A DNA stretch of 64,000 nt from Macrostomum lignano (GCA_002269645.1 NIVC01001262.1:62969-126968); one strand, 5' to 3'; counted from the first letter of the stretch, positions 41,872-53,084 are shown. Notes: generated from the letters alone by a model not told the origin. Made by a program: numbers and translations.

Positions 41872-42245
41872 ATTTTTTATTATTTTTTTTTTTTTAGAGG
41901 CAGGGGGGTTGTGTGCACCTTGGCGCAATTTAAGCGTCATTGGCACACAACCGGCGAGAGGCATTACTGCCCATTCCGCCGACTCCCCTGAGCAGGCATA
42001 CAAGCGCGCGGATACGTTACGCAGGCACACACTCACACAGGAGTGTACAGCGGCCCTAACTTTATCAATTGTTAGGCATGTACACTTCACTGCGCCTTGG
42101 GGGGGTTGGCTCTCAAGGCCGTTAATTGCACAAGCGAGCCAAGCGAAGATTCCAATCCAGCCCCAAATTAATGTGGCTGCACTTGGAATCGAGCCTGGGT
42201 CGCGGCACACCAGAGCAGCTGCGCTACCGCTGGGCTACGGCCCCC
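41872..42245 (-). mobile_element. Full-length tRNA-derived SINE with poly(A) tail and 14-bp TSD
   Basis: Head GGGGGCCGTAGCCCAGCGGTAGCGC...GGCTCGATTCC; A-rich tail at 41872-41894 (T-run on the plus strand); TSD TAGATACGGCCTTA at 41858-41871 and 42246-42259. Confidence 0.85.
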
Positions 42246-42279
42246 TAGATACGGCCTTAGATATGGACTAGCAATCTAC

Positions 42280-42915
42280 GCCCCCCGTTGGGGAGCCCAA
42301 GAAATGCAATACGTTTTTTTAATAAGCTGCATGTAGCCTTGAAATCTTAAAAAATCCCCTGTCAAACTTCTAACCCTTAACTCTAACCATAACCCTAAAT
42401 TTAATATTTTGTCCATGAGTTTTTGCATGATGCTTCCATTTTTTGCATGACGCTTCCATGATTTTTGCATGACGCTTCCATGATTTTTACATGACGCTTC
42501 CATGATTTTTGCATGACGCTTCCATGATTTTTACATGACGCTTCCATGATTTTTACATGACGCTTCCATGATTTTTGCATGACGCTTCCATGATTTTTAC
42601 ATGACGCTTCCATGATTTTTACATGACGCTTCCATGATTTTTACATGACGCTTCCATGATTTTTGCATGACGCTTCCATGATTTTTGCATGACGCTTCTA
42701 TGATAAACATTTTTAATAAGCTACATGAGCTAAGTTATAAGCTACCCTAACCCTAGCCCTAACTCGAATCTTACCGCTATAACCCTGAACCTAACCCTAA
42801 ACCTTAACCCTAACACCAACCCTACAGCCTGACATCTGCATAAGTTTGTGAAGCGCTAGTAGTATTTTTTAGCTTAGTATCTTAGCGTTGGGGAGCCAAA
42901 AATGCAGTACAAGTT
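42280..42915. mobile_element. Possible non-autonomous Helentron/DINE-like element with degenerate (CCCTAA) tracts and an internal 22-nt tandem array
   Basis: CGTTGGGGAGCC(C)AA(G)AAATGCA motif at both ends, CCCTAA-like runs, and a CATGACGCTTCCATGATTTTTG array at 42425-42700. Superfamily assignment is tentative. Confidence 0.35.
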
Positions 42916-43131
42916 TTGTAATAAACTACATGTAGCATCTCTTTGCAATATACCTCAGCAGCCTTGGATATGGAGATACGGGAAAAATTGGTTGCAGTGG
43001 AGCTAAAATCACCCCAGACTGACGCTCCCGAGTTTCTCTTGACATTTGCAGCCTCGCCGCTCAAACTGCCGTTGTCCCGCTGCGAGCAGAGCTCCTTCTA
43101 CTCTCCTTGGAACAACCTGTGCAGCGATGCC

Positions 43132-43316
43132 TGTAATGAAGTCAATTCGCTTATTCTGGAGTAAACTCAGTTGAGGCAAAACCCTCCACGCTCTGTATAT
43201 TTTATAGGCCAAGGGGCACGGTGGCCCGCGCATGTACATTACCGTACGTACTGCTAGCTAGGCTTACTAAACAAGCTCCACCCCTACCACGCGGCCCCAC
43301 CCCATAAGTCATGACA
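43132..43316 (-). repeat. 3' LTR
   Basis: 185 bp, TG...CA ends. Confidence 0.97.
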
Positions 43317-43348
43317 CTTTTCCCCTCTCAGAAGAAGTCCGCTTCCTA

Positions 43349-46300
43349 TCAATCACAGCTCCCGAGTTTCGAGTAGGTCAGCTTCTCAGGTGGCCGTCGC
43401 CGGCGTGCAGGCTGCAGTCCGCAGGGCGTCTCTGGCGGCTCCGGCTCCGGGTGCTCCGCGCCGGTCCCGGTCGAGTCCGCAGCTTCAGCTGGCTCGGTCC
43501 CGGCTGCCGGACCGTCAGGTTTGTCGCTCTCAACTCGCCGGCCCCGCAGTTGGTCGGCATGACGGCGCCAGGTCAGGCCGTCGCTCGTTTCGACTCGGAA
43601 GCTCAGCGGCCCAGTCTGCTCGAGAACTTTTGCTGGTTGCCAGGCCGCCGCATTAGGCCGGTAGTCCCTGGCCCAGGCCTCCGACCACGGCTCCTCCGGC
43701 AGCTCCCGCGACCGCCGGTCGTGCTGTCGTTTCTGGGCAGATTGCTCCCGCAGTACTCGATCCCGGGCTGACGGCCGCAGCAAGTCCATTCGAGTCCGGA
43801 GCTGCCGCTTCAGGAAGAGCTCCGCTGGTGTCCGACCGGTCGTTGGGTGCGGGCTAGCTCGGTAGCCCAGCAGCCAGTTGCACAGGCGGATGTCGAGGTC
43901 CGGCTGACTGCTCCGTGACGCCTCCATGGCCATCTTGAACGACTTCACCAGCCGTTCCACCAGTCCGTTGGTCTTGGCGTGATATGGACTGCTTCTTGTG
44001 TGGCGAATTCCATTTGCTTTGCAGAAATCGCTAAATCCTTGACTGATGAATGCTGGACCATTGTCCGATACCAGTTCTCTCGGCAGGCCCCATTGTGCAA
44101 ACAACACTCGCAGCTTGCGAACCAGCTCGGCCGATTCGAGTGTTGACACGGCCTCCACATGCGGCCACTTTGAGTGCGCGTCGACTACGAGGAGAAACTG
44201 GCGGCCTCGAACCGGCCCGGCAAAGTCAACGTGGATGCGGTCCCAGGGCTGGTCTGGCCACACCCAGGGGTGCAGTGGAGCCAGCACCGGATGCAGCTTA
44301 ACGGATTGGCAGGCTTGGCAGCTGCTGGCAACCGACTCGATGTCAGAATCCATTCCTGGCCACCAGACGAAGGTTCTGGCGACACTTTTCATCCGGGCCA
44401 TGCCGAAATGTTCCACGTGTAACTCGCGCAGAACTCCAGGTCGCAACGCTTCCGGAACCAGCACGCGAGTTCCCCAGATCACGCAGCCGTCTTCCACGCT
44501 TAGTTCTAGTCGACGACGAAAGTAGGGCTCGAGCCGCGGCGGAACCGACTCTGGCCAGCCAGTCATTATCATCCGGAGAACATCTCGGAGCTCGTCATCC
44601 CGCTTCGTTGCTGCCGCTACATCCGCCGCCGTCAATGGAAACTCGCCCGTCAGCTGACAGACCCGATCGTCGTCGTCTGGGCTGTCGTCCTTCATCTGCA
44701 GGGGCAAGCGAGACAGGCCGTCTGCGTTGCTGTGCTGAGCAGTCTTGCGGAACCGGATGCTGTAGCTGTACCCTGACAGCAGCAGTGCCCATCTCTGAAG
44801 TCGCCCTGCTGCAGTCGGCGAGATGCCAACCTTCGGTCCGAAAATCGTCGTCAACGGCTGATGATCCGTAATTATCGTGAAGCTCCGGCCGAACAGGTAC
44901 TGGTGGAACCACTTGATGGCGAACACGATAACGAGGGCTTCTTTCTCAATTTGCGAGTAATTTCGCTCCGCTGCTGACAGCGTCCTTGAAGCAAAAGTCA
45001 CCGGCCGTTCCGAGCCGTCCTCCATCGTGTGGGACAGCACCGCGCCGATGCCGACCGATGAAGCATCCGCGGCCACCACCACTGGAAGCTGCTCGTTGAA
45101 ATGCGTCAGCACGCTGTCCGAACTCAGTTCTTGCTTAAGATGGTCCCAGGCTCGGTCCTCCGTCTCAGCCCACCGCCAGTCCGTCTCCTTCCTCAACAGT
45201 TGATACAGAGGAGCAGCGATCGTGGAGAAGTCCTTGACATGTCGAGCATAGTAGTTTGCGAGGCCCAAGAATGATCGCAGCTCTGATACTGTCGCTGGCT
45301 TCGGGCTGTTGACTATTGCTTCCACCTTCTGAGGCAGCTTCTTGACTCCGTCCTTGCTCAGCAACGAGCCCAGGTATTCGACTTCTTCTTGCAGAAATTT
45401 GCACTTGATTCGCTTCAGCCGCAAGCCCGCCGCTCTCAGCCTGGTCAGTACCTCTCGAAGCGCTGCTAGGTGCTCACTCATTGACGGACCGGAGACCAGG
45501 ATGTCATCAATGCGACAACAGACTCCCGGCACGCCCTTCAAAAGTGTTTCCATCAGCCTCTGGCAAATCGCAGGAGCCGAACTGACGCCAAATGGCAACC
45601 GGAGGTACTCGAAAAGCCCTTTATGCGTGTTGATGGTCGTCAGCTTGCAGCTCTCTTCGTCGAGTGGAAACTGAAGATAACATTGTGACAGATCGAGTTT
45701 TGAGAACAGCTGACCCCGTCCCATCTGCTCGTAAAGCTCTTCAGGCGTAGGCAGCGGGTACTGGTCGATGTGGAGCTGAGGGTTCAACGTCAGTTTATAG
45801 TCGCCGCACAGTCGGACTGAGCCGTCCGCCTTGAGTACCGGAACCACTGGCGTAGTCCACTCACTGTAGGTCACCGGGCGGATGATCCCTTTGTTGAGCA
45901 TGTCCTGGAGCTCGAGCTCAAGCTTGTCCCGCACTGCGAATGGCACGGGTCTGGCCTTGCAGAATCGAGGCTGTGCGTCACTTTTAAGTCTCAGTGCGAC
46001 TGTCTGATCCTTCAACTGCCCCAGGCTCTCGTCGAAAACATCAGCGAACTCCTCCAGCATCTGGTCGAGAGGCCCGCTGTTCTGCGCCGGCGCCTGGCTG
46101 ATCTGGTTGGCAAACAACTGAGTCCAGTTGAGTCGCACTTTTTCCAGCCAATTGCGTCCTAGCAATGGGCAGGCTCCGGTCTGACTGGTGACCACCAGCG
46201 GCAGCTTATCATGCTGTCTTCCGTCGTAGTTGACCCTGACCTCGGCTGTTCCCTTGACTTGTATTGGCTCGCCCGTCCAGGTCCGGAGTCGCAGGCGTGT

Positions 46301-47227
46301 TGGTGTCAGCGGAGGTCGGCCGAGCTGCTTCCACACCGACTCCGGTACGAGGCTGACGCAGGCACCGGTGTCCAGCTGCATGGTGAGGGGCTGGTCATTC
46401 ACCAGCAGGCTTACGCTGATCTTCTTGGCCGAAGCAGTGACTTGCGAAATCCAGCCAGTTGCTGCTTCCTCCTCCTCTTCCGTTTGCATTGCGTGCGCTG
46501 GTCCGTTCTCTGGCCGTCCGGCTTTCGTTGTTCTGGAGGCTTTCTTGGCTGAGCGGCAAACTTTCTGCAGGTGTCCAACTTTCCCGCAGTTGTGGCACTT
46601 TGCGGTCCTGAAGTGGCAGGCTGCCGACAGGTGGCCTTTCAATCCGCACCTGTAGCACGCCTTCGAGTCTGGCGCTACCTGCTGGACTGAGCTGACGTCT
46701 GAGCTCGATTTCCACTGCTCCGTTTCCGACTTAGCAATCTCCGCCGCGAGGGCAATTTTCTTGGCCGCATCCAGCGTGAGCTTCTCCTCCATCAGGAGTC
46801 GCTGCTGGGTCCGCTGGTCCCGAAGACCGCAGACGAAACAGTCTCGGAGAGCTTCTTCTCGAAACCCCCCGAACTCGCACGAATCGGCCAGATTCCGCAG
46901 CGCAGCCAGAAATTGAGCAGCCGTCTCTCCGTCCTTTTGTGCTCGCTTGTAGAACTTGAACCGTTCAGCGATTACTGGCTTCTTCGGTTTGAAGTACTTT
47001 TGAAGGTGCTCGGTGAGGGCGCTGTATTGCAGATCTGTTGGCTTGGTCGGACTGCAGAGATCCCGCAGGACTGCGTAGCATCGTTCGCCAATCAATGTCA
47101 GAAACACTGCCTTCTTCTTGTCGTCGCCTTCTATGCCGTTTGCAAGCATGTAAGAGTCCATTCGCTCTTGATAGGCGTCCCAATCTTTGCCTTCCTCGTA
47201 AGGCTCTAGTTGTCCAACTGAAGCCAT
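43349..47227 (-). CDS. Gag-Pol polyprotein, 1292 aa (2 CCHC knuckles, aspartic protease, RT, RNase H, integrase)
   Basis: CYRCGLKGHLSAAC and CHNCGKVGHLQKVC; LDTGA; RLCGDYK...RIDDILV; AADAS/EKEAL/TDHQPL/NADGLSRL; HHCC, VDFAG, SDNG, NGLVER. No stops. Confidence 0.97.
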   Translation of the reverse strand: MASVGQLEPYEEGKDWDAYQERMDSYMLANGIEGDDKKKAVFLTLIGERCYAVLRDLCSPTKPTDLQYSALTEHLQKYFKPKKPVIAERFKFYKRAQKDGETAAQFLAALRNLADSCEFGGFREEALRDCFVCGLRDQRTQQRLLMEEKLTLDAAKKIALAAEIAKSETEQWKSSSDVSSVQQVAPDSKACYRCGLKGHLSAACHFRTAKCHNCGKVGHLQKVCRSAKKASRTTKAGRPENGPAHAMQTEEEEEAATGWISQVTASAKKISVSLLVNDQPLTMQLDTGACVSLVPESVWKQLGRPPLTPTRLRLRTWTGEPIQVKGTAEVRVNYDGRQHDKLPLVVTSQTGACPLLGRNWLEKVRLNWTQLFANQISQAPAQNSGPLDQMLEEFADVFDESLGQLKDQTVALRLKSDAQPRFCKARPVPFAVRDKLELELQDMLNKGIIRPVTYSEWTTPVVPVLKADGSVRLCGDYKLTLNPQLHIDQYPLPTPEELYEQMGRGQLFSKLDLSQCYLQFPLDEESCKLTTINTHKGLFEYLRLPFGVSSAPAICQRLMETLLKGVPGVCCRIDDILVSGPSMSEHLAALREVLTRLRAAGLRLKRIKCKFLQEEVEYLGSLLSKDGVKKLPQKVEAIVNSPKPATVSELRSFLGLANYYARHVKDFSTIAAPLYQLLRKETDWRWAETEDRAWDHLKQELSSDSVLTHFNEQLPVVVAADASSVGIGAVLSHTMEDGSERPVTFASRTLSAAERNYSQIEKEALVIVFAIKWFHQYLFGRSFTIITDHQPLTTIFGPKVGISPTAAGRLQRWALLLSGYSYSIRFRKTAQHSNADGLSRLPLQMKDDSPDDDDRVCQLTGEFPLTAADVAAATKRDDELRDVLRMIMTGWPESVPPRLEPYFRRRLELSVEDGCVIWGTRVLVPEALRPGVLRELHVEHFGMARMKSVARTFVWWPGMDSDIESVASSCQACQSVKLHPVLAPLHPWVWPDQPWDRIHVDFAGPVRGRQFLLVVDAHSKWPHVEAVSTLESAELVRKLRVLFAQWGLPRELVSDNGPAFISQGFSDFCKANGIRHTRSSPYHAKTNGLVERLVKSFKMAMEASRSSQPDLDIRLCNWLLGYRASPHPTTGRTPAELFLKRQLRTRMDLLRPSARDRVLREQSAQKRQHDRRSRELPEEPWSEAWARDYRPNAAAWQPAKVLEQTGPLSFRVETSDGLTWRRHADQLRGRRVESDKPDGPAAGTEPAEAADSTGTGAEHPEPEPPETPCGLQPARRRRPPEKLTYSKLGSCD

Positions 47228-47240
47228 TCTCGTCGCCAAT

Positions 47241-47425
47241 TGTAATGAAGTCAAGTCGCTTATTCTGGAGTAAACTCAGTTGAGGCAAAACCCTCCACGC
47301 TCTGTATATTTTATAGGCCAAGGGGCACGGTGGCCCGCGCATGTACATTACCGTACGTACTGCTAGCTAGGCTTACTAAACAAGCTCCACCCCTACCACG
47401 CGGCCCCACCCCATAAGTCATGACA
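47241..47425 (-). repeat. 5' LTR
   Basis: 185 bp; one T/G difference from the other LTR. Confidence 0.97.
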
Positions 47426-47939
47426 ATGCCATCGACGGCAACCTCGTGCAGACTTTCCCGACCTGCTTCTGCAGCGCCGAAGGGGCCAACCAGTGGTGGG
47501 AGCTGCTGGCACAGCCGATGAGGTCTTCATCACTGAGGTGACGCTGTACAACCGCGGCGACTGCTGCCCGGAGCGACTCAACAACTTCGTCATCTCCGTG
47601 GACGGCGTCGCCTGTGTGGACTTCGTCACCTCAACCGCCTTCTTGGTGCGGAACTTCAGCTGCAACAGGCGCGGCCGCAGCCGGCTAAATGAATTCTTCA
47701 CCATCTGCGAGGTGGTCGCCTACGGCTAAATGTGACCGACAGCTCGGAATGAATCGAGGAAAACTTTATAACACGACGGTTCACGAAGTTTTGACTAATA
47801 AACAAGATCTACCAGGCTCTGAAGACATTGATATCAAAATGGTATCGAAATATTATTCACGCACTGTCTTGTCTTGTTGGAAAAATCGATAATACGTGTA
47901 GCGTAGCAAATCTGATGAGAAATGGGCTGGGTAGCGCTA

Positions 47940-49465
47940 TTCTTGCGAAACTACTCAAACTATGGGCTAGTCTGGGTGCCGCTATTCCTGCCTACCTACT
48001 CAAACTATGGTGCTGGGCTGGGTGCCGCTATTCCTGCCAACCTACTCAAACTACATGTATAAGCTAGTCTGGGTGCCGCTATTCCTGCCAACCTACTCAA
48101 ACTATGGTGCTGGGCTGGGTGCCGCTATTCCTGCCAACCTACTCAAACTATGGGCTAGTCTGGGTGCCGCTATTCCTGTCAACCTACTCAAACTATGGGC
48201 TAGTCTGGGTGCCGCTATTCCTGTCAACCTACTCAAACTATGGGCTAGTCTGGGTGCCGCTATTCCTGTCAACCTACTCAAACTATGGGCTAGTCTGGGT
48301 GCCGCTATTCCTGCCTACCTACTCAAACTATGGTGCTGGGCTGGGTGCCGCTATTCCTGCCAACCTACTCAAACTACATGTATAAGCTAGTCTGGGTGCC
48401 GCTATTCCTGCCAACCTACTCAAACTATGGTGCTGGGCTGGGTGCCGCTATTCCTGCCAACCTACTCAAACTATGGGCTAGTCTGGGTCATACATGCGCA
48501 ACCTCTAAAATTCGGTCGGCCATGCGACTTAGTTTTAACAAAAATGCGACGTAGTTTTTGGCCAAAAATGCGACTTACATGTAAAAAAAACGTAATGCAA
48601 AATTAACGCAACTTTGGGTAAACGGCAGGAGTAACTATGACTGTCTTATTGAGTCAAATTGCCTCGTCAGCTACTTAGTACTACTACTTAGGTATTTTTT
48701 CGGGTGGGCATTTTTGCGACTTCCTTGGTTGGCCGCCAAATCGGTCGGCCGGATCGGCCGACTCGGCCAACTGTTGCGCATGTATGGTCTGGGTGCCGCT
48801 ATTCCTGTCAACCTACTCAAACTATGGGCTAGTCTGGGTGCCGCTATTCCTGTCAACCTACTCAAACTATGGGCTAGTCTGGGTGCCGCTATTCCTGTCA
48901 ACCTACTCAAACTATGGGCTAGTCTGGGTGCCGCTATTCCTGCCTACCTACTCAAACTATGGTGCTGGGCTGGGTGCCGCTATTCCTGCCAACCTACTCA
49001 AACTATGGGCTAGTCTGGGTGCCGCTATTCCTGTCAACCTACTCAAACTATGGGCTAGTCTGGGTGCCGCTATTCCTGTCAACCTACTCAAACTATGGGC
49101 TAGTCTGGGTGCCGCTATTCCTGTCAACCTACTCAAACTATGGGCTAGTCTGGGTGCCGCTATTCCTGCCTACCTACTCAAACTATGGTGCTGGGCTGGG
49201 TGCCGCTATTCCTGCCAACCTACTCAAACTACATGTATAAGCTAGTCTGGGTGCCGCTATTCCTGCCTACCTACTCAAACTATGGTGCTGGGCTGGGTGC
49301 CGCTATTGCTGCCAACCTACTGAAACTACGAGCGTATGGTGCTGGGCTGGGTGCCGCTATTCCTGCCTACCTACTCAAACTATGGTGCTGGGCTGGTTGC
49401 CGCTATTCCTGCCAACCTACTCAAACTATGGTGCTGGGCTGGGTGCCGCTATTCCTTCCTACCTA
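47940..49465. repeat. ~45-nt minisatellite CTATGGGCTAGTCTGGGTGCCGCTATTCCTGTCAACCTACTCAAA, interrupted by a MITE
   Basis: Unit variants recur in higher-order blocks (48104-48385 matches 48959-49240). Confidence 0.95.
48489..48786. mobile_element. hAT-type MITE, 298 bp
   Basis: 14-bp TIRs CATACATGCGCAAC / GTTGCGCATGTATG; 8-bp TSD GTCTGGGT (48481-48488 and 48787-48794). Confidence 0.9.
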
Positions 49466-50084
49466 CTCAAATGATTGCTTCTGTCCTGGCATGCATAATG
49501 AGAACTCGCAGCCAGCCTGCGCCCTGCGTCCAAGTAACCACGGAGTTCTACGAGTAAAAATTGCAGCAGAAGTGGAGGCTGGGCAAAACTTCGTGACGAA
49601 TTTATCAGATGAGGCTAGGGAAAGAAGTGCGAAATCCTATGTTTTTGCCTGCATGTAACTCTTTGTGCTTATCAAAGCATGCTTCCCTTGTTTTCGGCTT
49701 TTAGTTTTCAAAAAAGTGGAACCAAAGCGAGTTGTACAGTGGTTTAATTACACCATAGACACCACACAAGGACACAGCCGGACTATGCAATTCCCATTTT
49801 GCATTGTTCCTCTTAGCCCGAAGAAAGCAGTTATCCTTCGGTCTTCCTAGGCTTAGAAGAAGCCTTCTACTTCGTAATAGCGCTAAAAGGAAGCCATTAG
49901 ACAACTGAACGCAGCCATTGTTGGCGCCCGGTAACTAGGATAAACAAACAGACAACGCATCAAATGAGCGTTGTCGCTAATTAAATTGCATTAAATCATT
50001 ACATATAAATTCAATGATGCGTAACGCTTTTTCTCTGCATTTTGATTGCTTTAAATGCTTTAAGTGGCTTGAGGGACTGAGGGA

Positions 50085-50552
50085 GTGGAGAGGCAGATTC
50101 AGAGGGAGCGGAGAGGCGCGGAGAGGTGGAGGGAGGGGAGAGTCGGAGGGAGTGGAGATTCAGAGGGAGCGGAGTCAGAGGGAGGGGGGAGGCGGGGGGA
50201 GCGGAGAGGCGGGGGGAGCGGAGAGGCGGGGGGAGCGGAGGTTCAGAGGGAGCGGAGTCAGAGGGAGTGGAGAGTCGGAGGGAGTGGAGATTCAGAGGGA
50301 GCGGAGTCAGAGGGAGGGGAGAGGCGGGGGGAGCGGAGGTTCAGAGGGAGCGGAGTCAGAGGGAGTGGAGAGTCGGAGGGAGCGGAGATTCAGAGGGAGG
50401 GGAGAGTCGGAGGGAGCGGAGAGGCGGGGGAGGGGAGAGGCGGGGGAGCGGAGAGGCGGGGGAGCGGAGATGCGGGGGAGCGAAGAGGCGGGGGAGCGAA
50501 GATTCAGAGGGAGGGGAGAGTCGGAGGGAGCGGAGAGGCGGGGGAGCGGAGA
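50085..50552. repeat. G/A-rich low-complexity tandem repeat (GGAGAGGCGGGGGAGC / CAGAGGGAG)
   Basis: Visible. Confidence 0.9.
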
Positions 50553-51253
50553 GGAATAATTTCTTTAAGAAAATAAATTAAAAACGAAATGAATACGACT
50601 TGACAAAAATGTGCGCCAACACAGAAGATTCAGACAGAGTGCTGTAACTATGGAGACTGGGTGTAACAGAAAAAGCTGTATGCAATTCAACATTTTGTAT
50701 TTCATTGACTCGCTAAGTTGCCTGACTAACACTTAGGCTACAGAGTAATTACTGGGAAACTACCAGCTGAACATCAGAGGGGGAAGCATTTTTTTTAACA
50801 AAAGAGCGCATTATCGAAGGGAACAAAATGACTGACAAAGACTGTTTTTGACTTAAAGACTACCATCTTCTAGAAAACAGCGAAGCAACTGAGATTGCTC
50901 AAGCGGCTAAACTTAGAAAAACTGTTTTTCCCATCAACTGTAGCATTTTTCTAAATTCAAAATTAAGAAAAAAACACAAATACGCCTACTGATTTGAGTA
51001 GTTGCACACTAAAATCTAAAAAAAGATGAACCCGACAGCTTCACTGAAGCAATTAGTGGGACAGAGCGATTCTAACTAGCAATGAACGACACTGTAAATC
51101 ACTAATTTTAATAGATAATTATGGAGACAACACTGACTAAAGCGGAGGGGGGGGGGCAATCCGAGCTCACTGGTGCAGAGTTCAACAAACAGGTCTCACA
51201 CTAGAAACTGTACTGTGTGCAGTTCGCACTGATTTGTACTCTTAGTTCCCGGC

Positions 51254-52961
51254 TCAGTTGTCGTAGGCGGCCTTGATCATGCGGCCGCCCAGGATCACGG
51301 TGTTCAGCAGCAGGGTGAACAGGCCGATGTAGCCGAAGGCGCCGCGCATTCGCTTCTTCGGGTCGCCGGTTGAGTAGCCCTGGGCGTACACTACTCGGCC
51401 GGCCAGGTAGATGGCGGCGCAGGCGGCCGAGCACCTGGGGGAGGGGTTAGGGGATTTATTTGCTAAGCTGTCCTCTGTTGAGATCGGGCAGATTCCCCAC
51501 AAAATGTTGGCAGTAGAATTAATCAGCCCCAGTTAGTTTTACATGGACTTGCTTTACACATAGGAGCTGCCATCTTAGCTGCTGCAAATTCGACTCGGCT
51601 CTTGCGCTTGCAGCACCACACCGAAATTACAACACCGGAACCTCACAACACCGGTACCTTACAACACCGGTACCTTACAGCACCGGAACCTCACAACACC
51701 GGAACCTCACAACACCGGAACCTTACAACACCGGAACCTCACAACACCGGTACCTTACAACACCGGAACCTCACAACACCAGAACCTCACAACACCGGTA
51801 CCTTACAGCACCGGAACCTCACAACACCGGAACCTCACAACACCGGAACCTTACAACACCGGAACCTCACAACACCGGTACCTTACAACACCGGAACCTC
51901 ACAACACTGGAACCTTACAACACCGGAACCTCACAACACCGGTACCTTACAACACCGGTACCTTACAACACCGGTACCTTACAAAACCGGAACCTCACAA
52001 CACCGGTACCTTACAACACCGGTACCTTACAACACCGGTACCTTACAACACCGGTACCTTACAACACCAGTACCTTACAACACCGGTACCTTACAAAACC
52101 GGAACCTCACAACACCGGTACCTTACAACACCGGTACCTTACAACACCGGTACCTTACAACACCGGTACCTTACAACACCGGAACCTCACAACACCGGTA
52201 CCTTACAACACCGGTACCTTACAACACCGGTACCTTACAAAACCGGAACCTCACAACACCGGTACCTTACAACACCGGTACCTTACAACACCGGTACCTT
52301 ACAACACCGGTACCTTACAACACCGGTACCTTACAACACCGGTACCTTACAACACCGGTACCTTACAACACCGGTACCTTACAACACCGGAACCTCAGAA
52401 CACCAGAACCTCACAACACCGGTACCTTACAGCACCGGAACCTCACAACACTGGAACCTCACAACACCGGTACCTTACAGTACCGGAACCTCACAACACC
52501 GGAACCTTACAACACCGGAACCTCACAACACCGGTACCTTACAACACCGGAACCTCACAACACTGGAACCTTACAACACCGGAACCTCACAACACCGGTA
52601 CCTTACGACACGGAATTTCAAACCGGAACCTTTTAACACCGGAACCTCACAACACCGGAAGTTATCGCGCCGCTCACCTGGGAGCCTGCAGGCCGCCAAA
52701 CACCAGCATGAAGTAGAAGAACGGCATCGACTCCAGGTAGTTCTGGTGCGAACGTTGCACGCAGTTGAACTCCTTGCTATCCTTGCTGTACATGTCCGGG
52801 TATTCCACTCCGAACTTCTTGCGGGCCTGCATGACCCGGCCAGCCAGGTAATAGTTGACAAAGAACCCGCCAGAGCCGGCCAGAACCACCCAGCCGTAGT
52901 GGCGGGGCAGGCCCTGCTGCAGGTGCGGGTTCACAGTCTTGATGGCGTTCATCAGATGCAT
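51254..52961 (-). CDS. MGST3: Microsomal glutathione S-transferase 3 (MAPEG family), 2 exons (52678-52961, 51254-51434), about 154 aa
   Basis: YGWVVL...VMQARKKFGVEYPDMYS...FNCVQRSHQNYLE...GGLQAPR|CSAA...GRVVYAQGYSTGDPKKRMRGAFGYIG; phase-2 GT-AG junction. Confidence 0.95.
51625..52657. repeat. 16-nt minisatellite ACAACACCGGTACCTT / ACAACACCGGAACCTC in the MGST3 intron
   Basis: Ends about 20 nt from the donor. Confidence 0.97.
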
Positions 52962-53084
52962 GACTGCGTCTGCGATTCAAGCATGCAGTGGATCGGGTGG
53001 CAGATGGCATTGAATTCAGCACAGCACTGACAGGTAAATGTCTCTTCGAAACAGGATTCTACAGAGATTCCTCGAAATGGAATT

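Larger units (their letters stand above)
43132..47425 (-). mobile_element. Intact Ty3/Gypsy (Mag/K02A2.6-like) LTR retrotransposon, 4294 bp
   Basis: TG...CA LTRs at 43132-43316 and 47241-47425 (184/185 identical); TSD ATGCC at 43127-43131 and 47426-47430; PBS TGGCGACGAG; polypurine tract GAGAGGGGAAAAG; single gag-pol ORF. Confidence 0.98.
40622..47729 (+). pseudogene. Secreted PAN/apple-like + F-type (fucolectin/FTP) lectin gene, disrupted by a Gypsy insertion and a frameshift
   Basis: Exon 1 (40622-40901): signal peptide MFHHLLLSFWLLASL, then SRSVLLCLYQC...CACARFADSKCHL; a|gtaag donor, phase 1. Exon 2 (43052-43131 plus 47431-47729) reads EQSSFYSPWNNLCSDA|IDGNLVQTFPTCFCSAEGANQWW, then after a 1-nt frameshift EVTLYNRGDCCPERL...FTICEVVAYG stop. 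Confidence 0.85.

Noticed and set aside
41146-42245. Functional tRNA genes at 41146-41219 and 42175-42245
   Set aside because: Acceptor and anticodon stems pair poorly, and the sequences continue into SINE bodies; one has a poly(A) tail and TSD.
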